From Utricularia gibba (lineage: Eukaryota > Plantae > Magnoliophyta): DNA of 64,000 nt. A program made the position numbers and the translations under genes. This document shows positions 1-13,450 of this stretch, piece after piece. The notes beneath the pieces were generated by a model, which had not been told where the DNA came from, made no database searches, and saw only the letters and a program-made list of their open reading frames with translations. How positions within the stretch are numbered: position 1 is the stretch's first letter; every line of letters begins with the position of its first letter. Location of the stretch: assembly GCA_002189035.1 (NCBI GenBank), contig NEEC01000020.1:1860001-1924000 (forward strand), read 5' to 3'.

Positions 1-1409
1 AGGATTAGACTATTCTATGTTACAAAACCTATCTAAAAAATAAGAGAATGAAAAAATATAAAAAAGACATGTTCTTTGTGGGTATTCCGATATTCCCTAT
101 ATTTACTCAGGTCTAGTAGAATCATTTGCACTAAACAATACGAGATGCCAGGGTACATTGGTCTAGGATTCCTAATTGCCCGTTTAGCTGTAACTATTGA
201 ATGGTTCCGAGGACGAAGTGAATGCAATCAATGGGAAACGATTACTTAATTACAGCATATTTTGTAGTAATTGTGTTGAATGCGAGCTTTTTACTTACGG
301 CCGGTTCTACATTTGAATTATAATCAAATGGCTCTGAGGCGGTCATGGGTGTCAATAACTGATGATTGGAGAATTCATACAAAATAACAAATCTAAAACC
401 CATGTTTTATAAAACTTGAAAAAAGAGAGGTACGTGACAAGAATATTATTTTCATTTTGTTTTGAAATCCATTTCTATTCGAAAATAATGATTACACAAT
501 CCAAATCTTTATATTAATTTTTCAAAATTATTTTTAAATTTTTATCTTATTCATGAATTTTGTAGCGAATATTCATCCTTTGATAGATTATTGGTCTTAG
601 ATTCATGCCCTATCAAATCTTTAAATTGGAAGGTTTTGACTTCTACATAAATTGACTTAAAAATATCTTAAAAAATTTATAAAATATATTTTCTTTTCGA
701 AAAAATCCAAAGATATATAAAATGTAAAATCAATTGAAAATAATGAGAACGTAGTATGTATGATAAATAAAAATAATATTCAAGAATAATAATAAAATAA
801 TGTGTTTCAAAAAGATATAGAATCACTTATCAAGAATATTAATTTATGTCAAAATTATTTCGGAATCTATTTTTATAGTTTTTCAGAATAAATACAATTT
901 ATTTTTTCTTCTATCAAAAGTAGAAACATGTGTATAAAATTTTCCATAACATTTATTTAGTTATTTTAAAATTATTTATTTATCTATTCTAAAAATAATA
1001 CGGATAATAATGTTTCACATAAAGCTGCGTATCTTAATATTATCATACTTAGGTGCATTATTAGCCATTCCGATTGAAGAGAAAGAGACTACTTTTAAAA
1101 GACTCTGAAGTAGCAAATTCCAATGTAAAAATAGCACTTTTCCCAATCGTGTTGCTTAAAATATTTTTTAATTTTTGAAATATGGAATTATGTGAATCGG
1201 AGACAAACTTAATGAAAAAAAAAGGATTATCTATTAATATAAATTACTTAGTGGAAAAAGTCTCAAATTAATCCAACGGAAGATTAATAATCCTATTATG
1301 GATGACCATACTATTTTCAATATGAGTTTTAATCCTGTTAGTGGTGTAATACCAGTTTTATAATTTCACTTTGTGGGAGTTTTAACTATTGAAAATTTAT
1401 CATATTTAA

Positions 1410-1780
1410 CTATGCTGCTTGGGCATTCATAAGTTCGAAGGGCACCTCAATGAACTTGTGGTGCAGTATCGTATGTTGACAGTGGTCCTTGTAGTGTCAT
1501 TTTCCCACATTCTCAGTTGCTGGGTATCCTCATCTCCTAACATGTTGGAGTACACGGATATTCCTTGTGGGTGATCAAACAAGTCGAGTAGCAATTCCTC
1601 ATAGTTAACCCAATTCAATTTCCGATAGTATATAATAAGTAACACGAGTGCTTACATAGGAGTCACTCGGCCTTGTAAATTTTTTCTCTAGTACATTCTC
1701 TAGTTATAAACTAAGCTCCTTCTCCTTGACAGGTGCCATCCGGTATGGTATCTTGACGATAAGTTCATTGCCCATTACCA
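1410..1780 (-). mobile_element. Degenerate Ty3/gypsy (Tekay/Del-like) reverse transcriptase fragment
   Basis: Minus strand reads IPYRMAPVKEKEL..LENVLEKKFTRPS (cf. PYRMAPxELKEL..LxELLDKGFIRPS), IIYYRKLNWV (cf. CIDYRQLNKV), DLFDHPQGISVYS (cf. DLFDQLQGASVFS), QQLRMWENDTTRT and HKFIEVPFELMNAQAA (cf. HYEFLVMPFGLTNAPAA), with stops and frameshifts. Confidence 0.85.
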
Positions 1781-3074
1781 ACCAAATTTCAACTCGATTT
1801 CTCATTCCTGCATATGTCCAAAGAGTTCTTCACGAAGCATGTCATTGAATTCGAACATAGGTGCTTCCACCTTGACCCATCGGGTTGTTGCCTAAGTGAC
1901 TATGTGTGCCATCAAGTGGAACATAATATGTTTGCTAGTCCCTTTCTCCAGCCTTCTTACATTCTGTTGTTCTTGTTGTAATATTTAATTATTGAAAGGA
2001 AAAATTAGGAGGAAATTAAATCAATGACGTGGTTTAATCTTAGATGGTTGTAATCAAATTCATAGTCTTGCGTAAGACTGGGTAATGGTAGACTTGACCA
2101 AGTTTCCTAAAATTACAAAATTAATTGCATCTTACCCAATTGTTCTTGCTTTATAAAAAGGAGTCTCTCATTTCATAATAAACTACCCAATTCTGAGGGT
2201 AGCTGCTGAGTAGTCAGAAATATTTTTAGAATATTAAATTGCAAGGCCTATGGTTTCTTGATTATGTGTGTTCTTGTTCTTTTCAATCTACAATCAAAAG
2301 GTATTTTTGATGTCATCTGATCCCAATGTTATTTTAAGCAATCCTACTTCTGTTTGTATACCTCCAGTCACCCTATCTGAATCGCCATCACCAAACATAC
2401 CAGTGCACCTTTTCCAAAATACGGCTCCTCCTGTCACAACCTACAGCTCATCTCTCACTGATCCATTGCTGGTGATCAATGCTGGCTTTCATACCCATGT
2501 ACTAGACCTCACTTTTGGATTCCAACCTTTCAATTTGAATGTAGCATAATCCATCACAGAGACAGTTCTTGATATCTCCAAGATTGAACCTTTCAACGGT
2601 CAACATTTCCAAAAGTGGCAAGATCAGGACTAAGAACTTCTGGATATGCATGGTGTTACTTGGGCCTTGAAAATCTCTAAACCAAATGCCTTAGACCCAA
2701 TCTATATAGATTGGGAATGGGGTAGTTGAGTATGTTGTCATACGATTGTTTCCACCTTATCAAATTCTCTTTCCATGTCTACATAGCATACAAGGAGAAC
2801 AACTTAATTTGACAATCTATGACTGTTGAATACACTGCGAGCATGCTATCAAATCCATATTTGCATTTTTCAACTTTTATTAATGGGAAATGAATGAAAA
2901 AAGGGACATCGACATTCAATTGAATGACTTTCACCACCTATTAAACAACATGGCAGGAAAAAACATACAACTCACACTGCCTTTTGTTGCTGATATCCTA
3001 ATCAAGAAATTATCAAAAAGTTGAGAGGCCTACAAGAGCAATATGAAACACTCAGATCGAAAGTTGAGCCTAGA

Positions 3075-5045
3075 CTAGAGCACACAAATTTTCTTACATT
3101 TACGATACGAAAATCACAAATTTTTAATTATGTTTAGTTGTTAATTTTACAGTTTTAAATATTTTCATTTGATAAGGAAAAATATGATTTTTGGTGTGTT
3201 AATGGGCTAAATCAAAGGATTTAGCCCACCCTATGTCTAACTCGATTTTTGAGTCTAGCAGCATTTCAAGAATTAAGGAAGAAATCTGGATTTTGTGCAA
3301 GTCCCCAGGCTGCAGGAAGCAATGAGTACACAAAAGGAGCAGTCTGCAAGTCAGGGCCAGAAGCAGTAGACTTGTCAGAGAATGTGCTTGCCTTGGGTAG
3401 TGGGAGGCGAGAGAAAGATGAGAAGGAGAGAGAGTCACAAAAGGAGAGGACAAGCAGAAGTTTGTACAACACACTTGAGGGGTTTCTCCCCCGAACTCAA
3501 ACATGAAGAATACTGAAGGCGAAGTAGGAAGGAAGGGGATTTTTCTAGAGAAGAACCTCCATTGTGAAGGAAGAAAATCAAGATCCAATTCAGCACTACT
3601 GTTCCGAACTAACAGTAATAGACAGAAATCAGAACTCTACTGCTTTCTTTTCGTTTATTGATGTCTTTAGTTTTTGCATCCAACTTCTGCAGGATGTTCT
3701 TAACATTTTCGTTATTTTATGTTAATGTCATTACATTTTACTTTCAAAATATGAGTAACTAAAACTCTAGGGGTGCCTTAAGGTGAAGCATGGTGGTGTG
3801 AATTTAGGAGTCTTAATAGAATTCACTATTTTTTCGTAGCTCTTGTTTCTATCAACCCATGGGTAGATCTAAGGGAGGGAACAAATAGCTTCACAACTTA
3901 AATGCTTGATTTATAGGTAGACCAACAAATCAAGACGGGAGCAGTAGGCGTTAGTGTAGGATAGAACCAGTAGAACCGGGTAGATCTAGTTCTATATGCT
4001 TCACATGCGGGTAGACGTAATTGCAATGTTGGTGATGATATGAGAGACTAGTTTAGCCGAAAATATAACAAATGAACTGGGTAGACTTGGGTTATTTGAA
4101 GTTGTGAGTATAGGAACATGATAATTTAAGTTACACGTTTTAGCACCACACCACCTGCAGATCGTTAAGGCATTTTCATATTATTTTGAGTTAAAACCAG
4201 TACTTGTTACCTTTAGCGTTGAGACCCTATATTGTTTACTGATATTGCTTACTGAACTTGTTTGCCACTGTTGGTCCGAGCTTAGACTAAGACTTACCGT
4301 TACTTTGAATTTTGCATCTGCTGAAATACATGACAAGCACAAGCTCTTTTTGATCGACCGCGACATCCACTATACAAGTTTTCTCAATTTGTATTTTGTG
4401 TAGATTAGGGCTTATAAATGTATTTGATACGGAAGTTTGCTTTTATATGCTAAAATTTCTGTTTATCAAATTGATGCCATTGCTAGGGAGCGGTGTTTAA
4501 TTGTTTTGTGTTTCTAGTTGATACATTTACATTCTTCTTGTGCAGGTAATCTCACTTTCCTCCCAAAAATTGAGAGAGCTATCAGCAAGAACAGGGTAAG
4601 AGTTAGGGAAGTGAGCAGATTGGGGCAGCTCCCACCCGAGACCAACAACAATTTGAGAATAGCTGAACCTCAGAAGACCTTGAACGAATTAGATGCTGTT
4701 GATCATACTTACAGAGGCCTATGCATCAGTTTCCGGAGGATGGAGCAAACAAGCTGAAACCGGTGATGATCAATTTTTTTCCCAAGTTCTATGGCAAAAT
4801 TGGAGAGAACCCCATGATCATCTAGACAATGTAACAACTGTCTGTACATCATTCAAGGGAGCTGGAATGACTGAAGATTCCATTTGTTTGAGAGCCTTCC
4901 AATTTACTTTGGAAGGAGGAGCCAAAACATGGTTCAACTCACTAAGGCCTCGAAGCATAACCAATTGGACTGGAATGAAGAAGGTGTTTTTGAGCAAATA
5001 TTTTTTAGCTTCCAAGGTTGAAGGAATTAGAAAAGAAATTAGTGA
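3075..5045 (+). mobile_element. Truncated Athila-type Ty3 element (LTR + PBS + 5' gag) nested in the copia element
   Basis: LTR ~3075-4468 ends TTTATCA and is homologous to the solo LTR at 52618-54019. PBS-like ATTGATGCCATTGCTAGGGAG follows (cf. Athila TGGCGCCGTTGCCGGGGA). Gag motifs PKIERAI and EDSICLRAFQFTLEGGAKTWFNSLRPRSITNWTGMKKVFLSKYF (Retrotrans_gag). Confidence 0.88.
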
Positions 5046-5850
5046 TAAATTTATACTGCTCTTGATAACTTTATTCAATGAGCCGAATGGAGTAGTAGAA
5101 AGAAAAAATAGAATATCGAAATAAATGATAAATTTAATGTTTATATTTTATATTGCTCTTGATAACTTGTAGGAGTAAGCTATCTTAACCATATGCCATA
5201 TTCAAGATAGAGTTTCACACAAGAAAATTAGGAAAATTCCATATGAGATATGGAAAGGTTACAATCCTTTAAAATATTTGAGTGTGGGAATGCTTTGCGA
5301 AAGTGATGTTGCCTAACTCATAGAAAAGAAAAACTTGCTCAAAAACATGAGATTGTTTGTTTATAGGATATGCAGATAAAAGTGCTGCATATCAGTTCCT
5401 TGTATTAAATAGTGATGTGCTTGATCATCACACTATTTTGGAAATGAACCATGCCGAATTCCTTGAGAGTAACTTCCCACCTAGGGAAAATAAAGGTTAG
5501 ATGGCTATGACAATGCTAATAATAGTATAGACTCAAATTGTATGTAATCCATCAGTGAAAACCTGAGAAAAAGTAAAAGGCAAACGATTGAAAACACCTT
5601 TGGTGATGACTTATACGTATATCTCATAGATAGAGAGCCTTTTACCATTACTGAAGCGAATTTTTCCCTTAACTTAAATTTGTGGAAAGAGACAATTAAT
5701 ATTGAGATTGATTCCTTACATTAGAATCATGTGTGGGAGGTGATAGACTTACCACAAGGAGAAAAAGCAATTGACAGTAAGTGGATATTTAAGAAGAAAC
5801 TATATCTAGATGGTGCGATTGATAGACACAAAGCCAGATTGTTTGCGAAG

Positions 5851-7155
5851 TATTGAGTGTCATTTCCTATCTATTTATTATACATTATTACGTGTTAAAT
5901 TAGGATTAAGTCATCCAATTTAGGAGATATATTGGCAAGTATATTATTTTATTAGGAAAATTCTATTTTTGTATTTTGTACGTATTTTTACTATCTTTTT
6001 TGTGCATTTTGGCCAAATTGTGGTAGGAGGCAGTTTGGAGTGTTGTAGAGATTTGCAAGAGACAAGACACTAACCTTTCATGAATTGCATGTGACTTGGA
6101 CCAATTGTGGGTATAAGACTAACACTAGTCAGAACCCTTGACTTATGATATGTCAGACTCTATAGAAATGATTGGACACTTACTTACATGGATGGGAAAT
6201 GTGGTTGTGCACGCGAGATAGAAGGAATGATGGAAAAGAAGCAAAGGAAGTTAATGCACGTGGGAGTGAATCAAAACAAACTTGGAACACTTTTTTTTGG
6301 ACTTTTGACTTTTGTTTTCTTGCATTAGAACTTTTGGTTACTCCTCCCCACCTAAGGGAGGAAGAACACTTTAGCTTCTTGTTTTCATTTTCTGTTTTCA
6401 TGTCTATTCGTAGTTAAACCTTTTTAGTTTATGAGAATGGATGAAGTTTCCTTCTACATCTTGAGCATCAATCTCGATTTTTTACTAAAATTCTTTCAGA
6501 TTTCGCATATTTCCATATGTCATTACATTTTTTTTGTAATGTCTCCTAGTCACATTCTATGTGTGACTAGCCACTCCTCATGGATTTTTATGAAGAACAA
6601 GGGAAGTGCACTATCTCCAACGATATTGCTTCAAGGGAGAAAATGAATTGTTAGTGACCAAGGTACCATGACAGTGGATAGGTAGTGACCTTGTACTGCT
6701 CATTGGTTATTGGAAACAGCTCGGCACATGTGCAGAATTCGGTTTTGAGGACAATCGAAGACAATCCTTTTGTCCTTTGAATCATCGAAGGGGGAATCAT
6801 ATCATCATTCTCATGCCTCCTTATCAATTAGAGTGTAAGAGAGAGTAGGTTATTTCTTACTCGTATAGTCAATTATTCAGATGAAATTAATGAAAGCTGA
6901 GACGAGGATAGACAAAAGGAGGAAATGAAATCTCATTACCTTGAATTGCTTTCCTTGGTCAAAATCCACTATTATGTTGTATCTTTTATTTCTGTATTTC
7001 AAAAACCTCCTTTTACAAACTCGTGAATTTTTGTAAAAGTTAAATACAAAATGTTTTTCATAAAACTCAACTCCATGAGATCGACACTCGTACTATGCAC
7101 ATTTGTGTTTTACGTTTTTCTAAATTAAAATTTATTGAGGAAATGACATGCAACA
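5851..7155 (+). mobile_element. Solo LTR (Athila-like) inserted in the copia RT
   Basis: Flanked by a perfect 5-bp TSD CGAAG (5846-5850 and 7156-7160). 18-bp imperfect terminal inverted repeat TATTGAGTGTCATTTCCT / AGGAAATGACATGCAACA. Removing it restores RT LFAK-GFTQK. Orientation is inferred from resemblance of its 3' end to the other Athila LTRs. Confidence 0.85.
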
Positions 7156-10100
7156 CGAAGGGTTTCACACAAAAGCTCAATGTTGACAAATTTTGACACA
7201 TTTGTTCAAGTGGTTTGGTTCTCCTCTGTCAGTGCACTAATAGCACTTGCCTTTATCTACAACTTAGTGATTCACTAAATGGATATAAAAAAAACTTTTT
7301 TTAAATGATGAATTAGAAGAAGAAATTTATATGATTCAACTTGAGGGATTTTAACTATAGTACAAGAGAATAAGGTTTGCAAACTTAGAAGGTCATTTTA
7401 TGGTTTAAAACAAGCACTCAAACAAGGGCATAAGAAATTTGATGATGTACTAACATCATCTGGATTTTCAATATTGTTAATATAGAAATGTTTATATACT
7501 AAGTTAATGAATAACCAATGTATTATGATGTAACTTATATATGTATGATCTCCTTATATTTGATTTCAACATTGAGATTGTTATCAATACTAAAGTATTA
7601 TTGGCTTTAAGATTTGACATGAAAGATATGGGTGAAGCCTCATGTATTGTTGGAGTTAAGATCATAAAATGTGATCAAGGTTTCATGCTAATACTAGATC
7701 AATATGTGGAAAAACTCTTGAGGAAATTTAATCACTTTGAGGTGAAACCTATGAAAACACTATATGATCCAATATGGAACTACTTAAAAACAAAGGAGAT
7801 CCAATCACTCAACATGAGTATGCACAAATTATGGATAGCTTGATACATCTTATGAACTACACGAGGCCTGACATTACATATACAATAGACATGCTAAGTA
7901 GATATACTCATTTAGTTATTGTGCAAGTAATGAACACTGAATTCAAAGATGTCCAGTTGGGTTCCGAGTACTAATGAGACTAAAGCCATCAATAGATAAC
8001 TGCACATGAAGATATACGTCCATCCTGGTGATGAACAACTGAGAATGTGGGAGTCTTGAAGCTTACAATTTATAGAAATCATGAAGTTCACCATAACTTA
8101 CATGGATTATTAGATCAAGATATTGCTTCATAATTGAAAGATACCTATTCCAAAAGCGTCAAGGTCCATATGAGATGTAACTATGTGAATTTCCTTTTCA
8201 ATATGTGGAGGATTGTTGTAATATTTGATTACAATAATTGAATTATTGGAAGAGGAAATTAAGAAAAATTAAATCAAAGTCTTGGTTTAGTCTTAGATGG
8301 TTGTAATCAAATTCCTATTCTTGCGTAAGACGAAGTAATGGTGGATTTTATCAACTTTTCTAAAATTATGAAATTGGTTACATCTTATTCAATTATTCCT
8401 ACTTTATAAAAAAAAGACTTTCCTTTCATAATGAATCACTTGAATCATGAGTAGTTGATCAATTAAGTGATCATAAATATCTTTACATTTTATTATCAAA
8501 CTTGTGATTTCTTGACTCTGTGTATTCTTGCTCTTTTCAGTTTACAATTCTCAGTGCATACTCTCATAGTATCTACTTGCTATCTCTTAGGTCAACTGCC
8601 TCAGCCACACAGTTGATTTGAGTTTACATTTTACTACAACCAACCATGTCTCTAAATTATCTTGAACTCCTTTCTTCCTACCTCATGTATATCTACCCTT
8701 GATTCAATTTCTACAAGTTTGGATCCCTCATTGATGTCTTCTATGGCTTCTCAACCTTCCACTACCCAGGATATAATCCATATTAATAGGTGTAGCTCAT
8801 CTCCTACTCTCTATATTGGTATTATAGTGCTAGTTCCATCATGCGTATGCATGTTTGTGAGACTGGATAATCACGCTTCATACACTCTATGGTGCAATGT
8901 TGCTATAGGTGTGTACTCAATCCTTCTTCAATAATAAGCAGTGCATTTGCTACCACTCACCAACTAAGACCAATTAGTTCTCTTTGTGTATGCTACCATC
9001 CCCCTTCTCTCTTTGGTAGAGACCATGACAATCAACAATTGTTATGCTATGAATCTATAGTGCTCAAGTTTCACCAAAGCACATTGTTTCTATGTATGCT
9101 TAGGTGATTGTTCTCTTAACATCCTTTTAGTTACTCTCACATTTTGCTGCACTAGTCCTTGACCTAGTCATTATAATCTATTATCTCCATATGAATTCCC
9201 CTCAACTCTACATTATTGATTTAAGAAATTTAGAAAAATACTTGAGTTCTTAAAGATATTGATCATATACAGATACTTGCACTTGCTTATTTGCAAAATA
9301 CCTTAATTTTGAATATTCTAACAAATTCATATTAAATTACATTTGACAACTTTGATAAATGATGAAAAATTGTGTTGTCATCTTAATTCATGAAATTAGT
9401 TTTTTTTTAATTATGAAATTGGATGTTTTTGGCATATATTCCAATGTTTTGTGATGTTAATAGTCTTATTATGTTTATGTTTTAAAGTGGATTAAATCAA
9501 TGATTTAGTCCACCTAAGTTTTTAGTGACATTTTTTTTGAAGTTTTAGTAGCAGGTTTTCTAATACCAATTCTCACAAGCATCGCACATGCAACCAAACG
9601 GAGGGATTAAGTTGCACGTAAAAGAAAAAAAAAGGACGATAGCTTTCTTATGCACATATCACAACAACCCCACATATAACATGTTAGGAGAGGAATTGGT
9701 TGAGATAGACTTAGATCATCACAAGCTAGTTCGCGCATTTGAATAAATTTAGAATCATAGGTTTAGTTACCATACCACCCTCATGCTTCCCAATAAATCA
9801 TTATTCATGGGATTGATTAAACCATGAATTTTGGGGATTGTCTTACTGGAATTAAAGTTAAAGCTCACTCATCTTATTACTTTTATTTTTACAGTTGATA
9901 TTAAATTGCTATTAATTTTCATTAAGACTAAAAATTATATTTGACATTAAAAATACATAAACCAAGAACTAGTTCTTTAAGCTCGATTTCAAATCATTAT
10001 ATATTTTCTTTAGATTTGTAAATTTGTATGAAATAAGGATTTGTAAATTTTATTTCACATGAAATTTCGAATTGTACAATATTTGAAGAGTTTTCATTTA

Positions 10101-10529
10101 TCAATAAAAATATTAATATATATTTTATTTATTAAAATTCTTCATTTAAATATCAATACAATAAAGTATGATTTAAAATCAATTTAATCAATATTTTTAA
10201 ATAGCAATACAAAACATATACTTCATTCTCGAATTACCAAAGCCAAATTTAATTAATTATATTTTTTTTACGAAAATTGATGTTATTAAACATATATGGC
10301 AAATACATCTTGAAAAAAAAATTAAAATTTGCCCTCTAAATAAATGGTTAATCAAGTGTTTTTTAATGAATACTTATTTTTAAGAAAATCTAATATCTTT
10401 CATTATAAAAACGCAAGTTTTTTTTTATAATTATTGCACGATTTGTTAATGTTTAACTCTAGTATTAAATTATGATTTTTATATTTAATAATAAAGTATA
10501 TGTTTTATATTTTGATATAATTAATTCAC

Positions 10530-10549
10530 ATATATATATATATATATAT
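10530..10549. repeat. (TA)n microsatellite
   Basis: About 10 TA units seen directly. Confidence 0.9.
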
Positions 10550-10740
10550 TATTTAAATCATAATTTATTTTTATTGAAAGTTAAATGATGAATTCTAATT
10601 ATAACACAAAATGATAATGTATTAAATATAATGTAAAATAAATTTGTAAATGATTTCAAAATTAAGGTATCTTATAGCAATAACATTTAATGAGTTTTCC
10701 TATAAACCGATTGATTACAAATATGAATTCTATATCTTTT

Positions 10741-11115
10741 TTATAAAGGATCTGAACGTTTCATTGGAAAGTGCATTAACATAAATAAAACAGTAAAATA
10801 CGGCAATACAAAGTAGAAGAACTATAAAAGCCGGACAAGGCGGATTGCCCCACACTAGCACGTGCGCAATAATTCTTCCAAAGGGATCCTAATTGCCTCA
10901 GGTACACCTGCTACCATTTTTACTGACCAATAATCAATTTCGTCCCAAGTTAAAGAGTAACGAATCACACCAAAAGATGAGGTCAATACAATACTACAAG
11001 AACCACACCTGGAAGTCTGTAACCCAAAGTTAATTCAGCAGCTTTTTTAAATCCACCGGTGAAGATATAAACGAATAACTTGTAGAATCATTATACTCGC
11101 TGACCATCGATGAAG
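10741..11115 (-). pseudogene. petB: NUPT: plastid petB (cytochrome b6) 3' half, decayed
   Basis: Minus strand gives HRWSAS, GGFKK, LTSSFGV..YSL.WD.IDYW.VKMV.GVPEAI, ASVGQS and FMLMHFPM...PL*. These motifs are specific to petB rather than mitochondrial cob. Indels are present. Confidence 0.9.
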
Positions 11116-12269
11116 TGAGCTGATCAAACTTCTGTCGTTGTTTATTGTGTTGGATAAGGTGAAGCATTAGACTTAGATCAGCCCATCATGTGCTATATCA
11201 GCAGCAGCAAAAGAAATCTGTTGTTCCGAGCTCCTACCAATGGGGAACCTGAATAAACGATGTGGTCATGGTCCTATAGCCTCTATGTATGACTTTGACT
11301 TTTTTATTGCAACAGCTATGCGTATGTTGCGTCTGTTGAAAACCAGATGTTCTGCGCCGCAATGTAACAAGAAGAACAAACACAAAGGCATTTTAGCCTG
11401 CAATTGGGAAACATCCAGGGTCTCGATCACCTTCTAAACTATGGGAAAAATCCACTAGAACAATCCAAAATTACACAACAATGCACAATGAAATCAGTTT
11501 ATACATTGCATGATGTTAACAAATTAGACTTCACGTTTTTCTCCTACGTGATCTTGCTGTATCTTCATCTCAACTTCCACACTTGATCATGATCCACACC
11601 AGTCATCTATAAAGCATATAGAGATCAGCAGTGTTGTGAGTAGTGGGTGAACCATGTTTTTGCATCATGGCTTAACCGTCCACTCCACTATGGACCTCAA
11701 CTTGAACCGCTCACTCATGGCAGTTGCTGTCTATCCAACCCCTTGCCCAGCGTCATCTCCCATTGGGTTTTTGTCTTTAGTCGGTTAAGGTGTGAGCATT
11801 TTAAGTATTGCTAGTCTAAGTTTTTGTCTTATCTTGGTTCTTTGAAGGATTCTCTTGAGCACTTTGTTTATTCCGAGAATTGAGCCATTTTGTCATTTCT
11901 CTCAGCTCTGTCCAATTGATCCGAGAGACACATTTCTCAACATCAGCAACTTTAATCCTACATATTGAACATAGAAAAAACCTTTCATCACTGTAACAAG
12001 ATAGCATTAGAATATATCCATTTTTCATAGCTTATGACCATTATAATTACACATATATATGCCTTAAGAATGTGTCCGCATCATGTGATGAAATGATATG
12101 AATTCTTCCATGCTTTCTCTCCCTAAAATCATGTGTATGTATCAGAGCCAAATTGATTCTCTCTCATATAAAAAAGAAATTCAAACCACAACTTTTCCTA
12201 GGCTTGGCAATAATCTTCTTCCCTCCTAGTTTTCTTTGGCTTCTAGGATTCAATGGAACAACTAGCTTT

Positions 12270-13450
12270 AACAGTGGCCAATCCTCAAGCACTAGAACCT
12301 CATTTTCCCTACTATATTCTCCTACGAGATCATGTGAATATGGTGCTAGTCTCACCTATTCTTTCTACGAATAAATACCTCACTTGGGCAAGGACTTTTA
12401 CCTTGCAGCTCCTAATTCGCAACAAACTTGTCTTTTTTTACTTTGCAAATCACACATGCAGAGAAGGAAAGCCCTAACTATGATAGCTATAGGCATTGTA
12501 ATGATCTCATTCTGTCATAGATCCACTAGTCAGCTAGTAAACTCATCCTTCCAATGTTCTTCTATAAGACCAGTGTGGAACATGTCTAGAAAGCCCTTGA
12601 ACAATGAATTAGGTCTACTGTACCAAGGGAAACTCATCATTGATGAGTATTTTGGGAAATTAACTAGCCTGTGGGTTGAAATTGATAGTTGTAGATTGCT
12701 AGTGTACTACAAGTAGTGTCTAAGGAAGGTTATGGCTCAAGCAAGAAAAGACAAGACCTACAAATTCATCAACTCTTTTAATGATCAATACAAAATGAGT
12801 AAGGAGTAATGTACCCATGAAAGAAACTTTTCCAATTTTAGATCAAGCCTTCAATGCTGCTAAATAGGCAGAAAAGCTAAAATACAATCCGTTGCTTCCA
12901 CTACCATCAGAGGCATCTATCCTCACCACAGCTTCCCTTCTTGCTACACAAATTATGGATATAGCAACCACACCCCTGAGGAATGATTGGATATGTAAAC
13001 TGTGGACTTAAAACACATTTCCAAGAGACTTGCCGTTTAGCAACAAAAGACACACAAGAGTTTAGAGAAGAAAATATTAAATTCAAAAGCGTAAGGGGGG
13101 ATTTGTTCCTCTTCCATCAGTGCAGCTAATAATGTCGTTACAAGGACCGAAGGAGTTGATAAGTCCTAAACAATTCACACTATACTTGGTTGTTAAACAG
13201 GGACGGTGGTTACATCAGATGCCACCCATAGTCACTTAAAAGCAAATGAAGAATGACGAATAAACTTAACACCTTTACACATTAGGCAAATGGTGCTTTC
13301 TTGGGTGAAACTTTTTTGGTAACCACAAAGGCGCACACACATCATATTCTTGCACTTGAGAGTGTTTAGATAATTGATTCTAGAGCAAATAAGCACATGT
13401 GCTCTAACTTAGTTAGCGTTCAATATATTAAAAACACTAATTGTTGTCTC
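12270..13450 (+). mobile_element. Degenerate Ty1/copia gag-protease fragment (Retrotran_gag_3/UBN2_3 type)
   Basis: PHFPYYILLRDHVNMVLVSPILSTNKYLTWARTFTLQLLIRNKLVF (cf. SPYYLHPSD.PG.VLVS..LTG.NY..WSR.M..AL..KNKLGF), EYFGKLTSLWVEI, and IIDSRANKHMCS (protease WIIDSGA..HM). Confidence 0.8.

Larger units (their letters stand above)
1974..8546 (+). mobile_element. Old Ty1/copia LTR retrotransposon with both LTRs, carrying two nested insertions
   Basis: Diverged LTR pair 1974-2292 and 8214-8546 (both TGTTGTAATATT...TACA; shared core TCTTAGATGGTTGTAATCAAATTC). Purine-rich PPT before 8214. TSD GTTCT/ATTCT (4 of 5). Gag remnant KIEPFNGQHFQKW at ~2580. Integrase NGVVERKNR and PYEIWKGY at 5085-5300. RT KWIFKKK..DG..RHKARLFAK|GFTQK, CKLRRSFYGLKQA, FDMKDMGEASCIVGVKI and YTRPDIT at 5570-7920. 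Confidence 0.9.

Noticed and set aside
1-420. Organelle-like sequence, and a similar stretch at ~1020-1400, possibly continuing the NUPT beyond petB
   Set aside because: Could not match it to petD, rpoA, rps11, rpl16 or any other gene in any frame. Needs BLASTN against the plastome.
3199-3588. Overlapping short ORFs here and at 45520-45881, 52899-53117 and 58706-59008
   Set aside because: All lie inside LTRs, are low-complexity and show no recognisable domain.
11816-12028. 70-aa minus-strand ORF as a small gene
   Set aside because: No recognisable homology, promoter or splice context.
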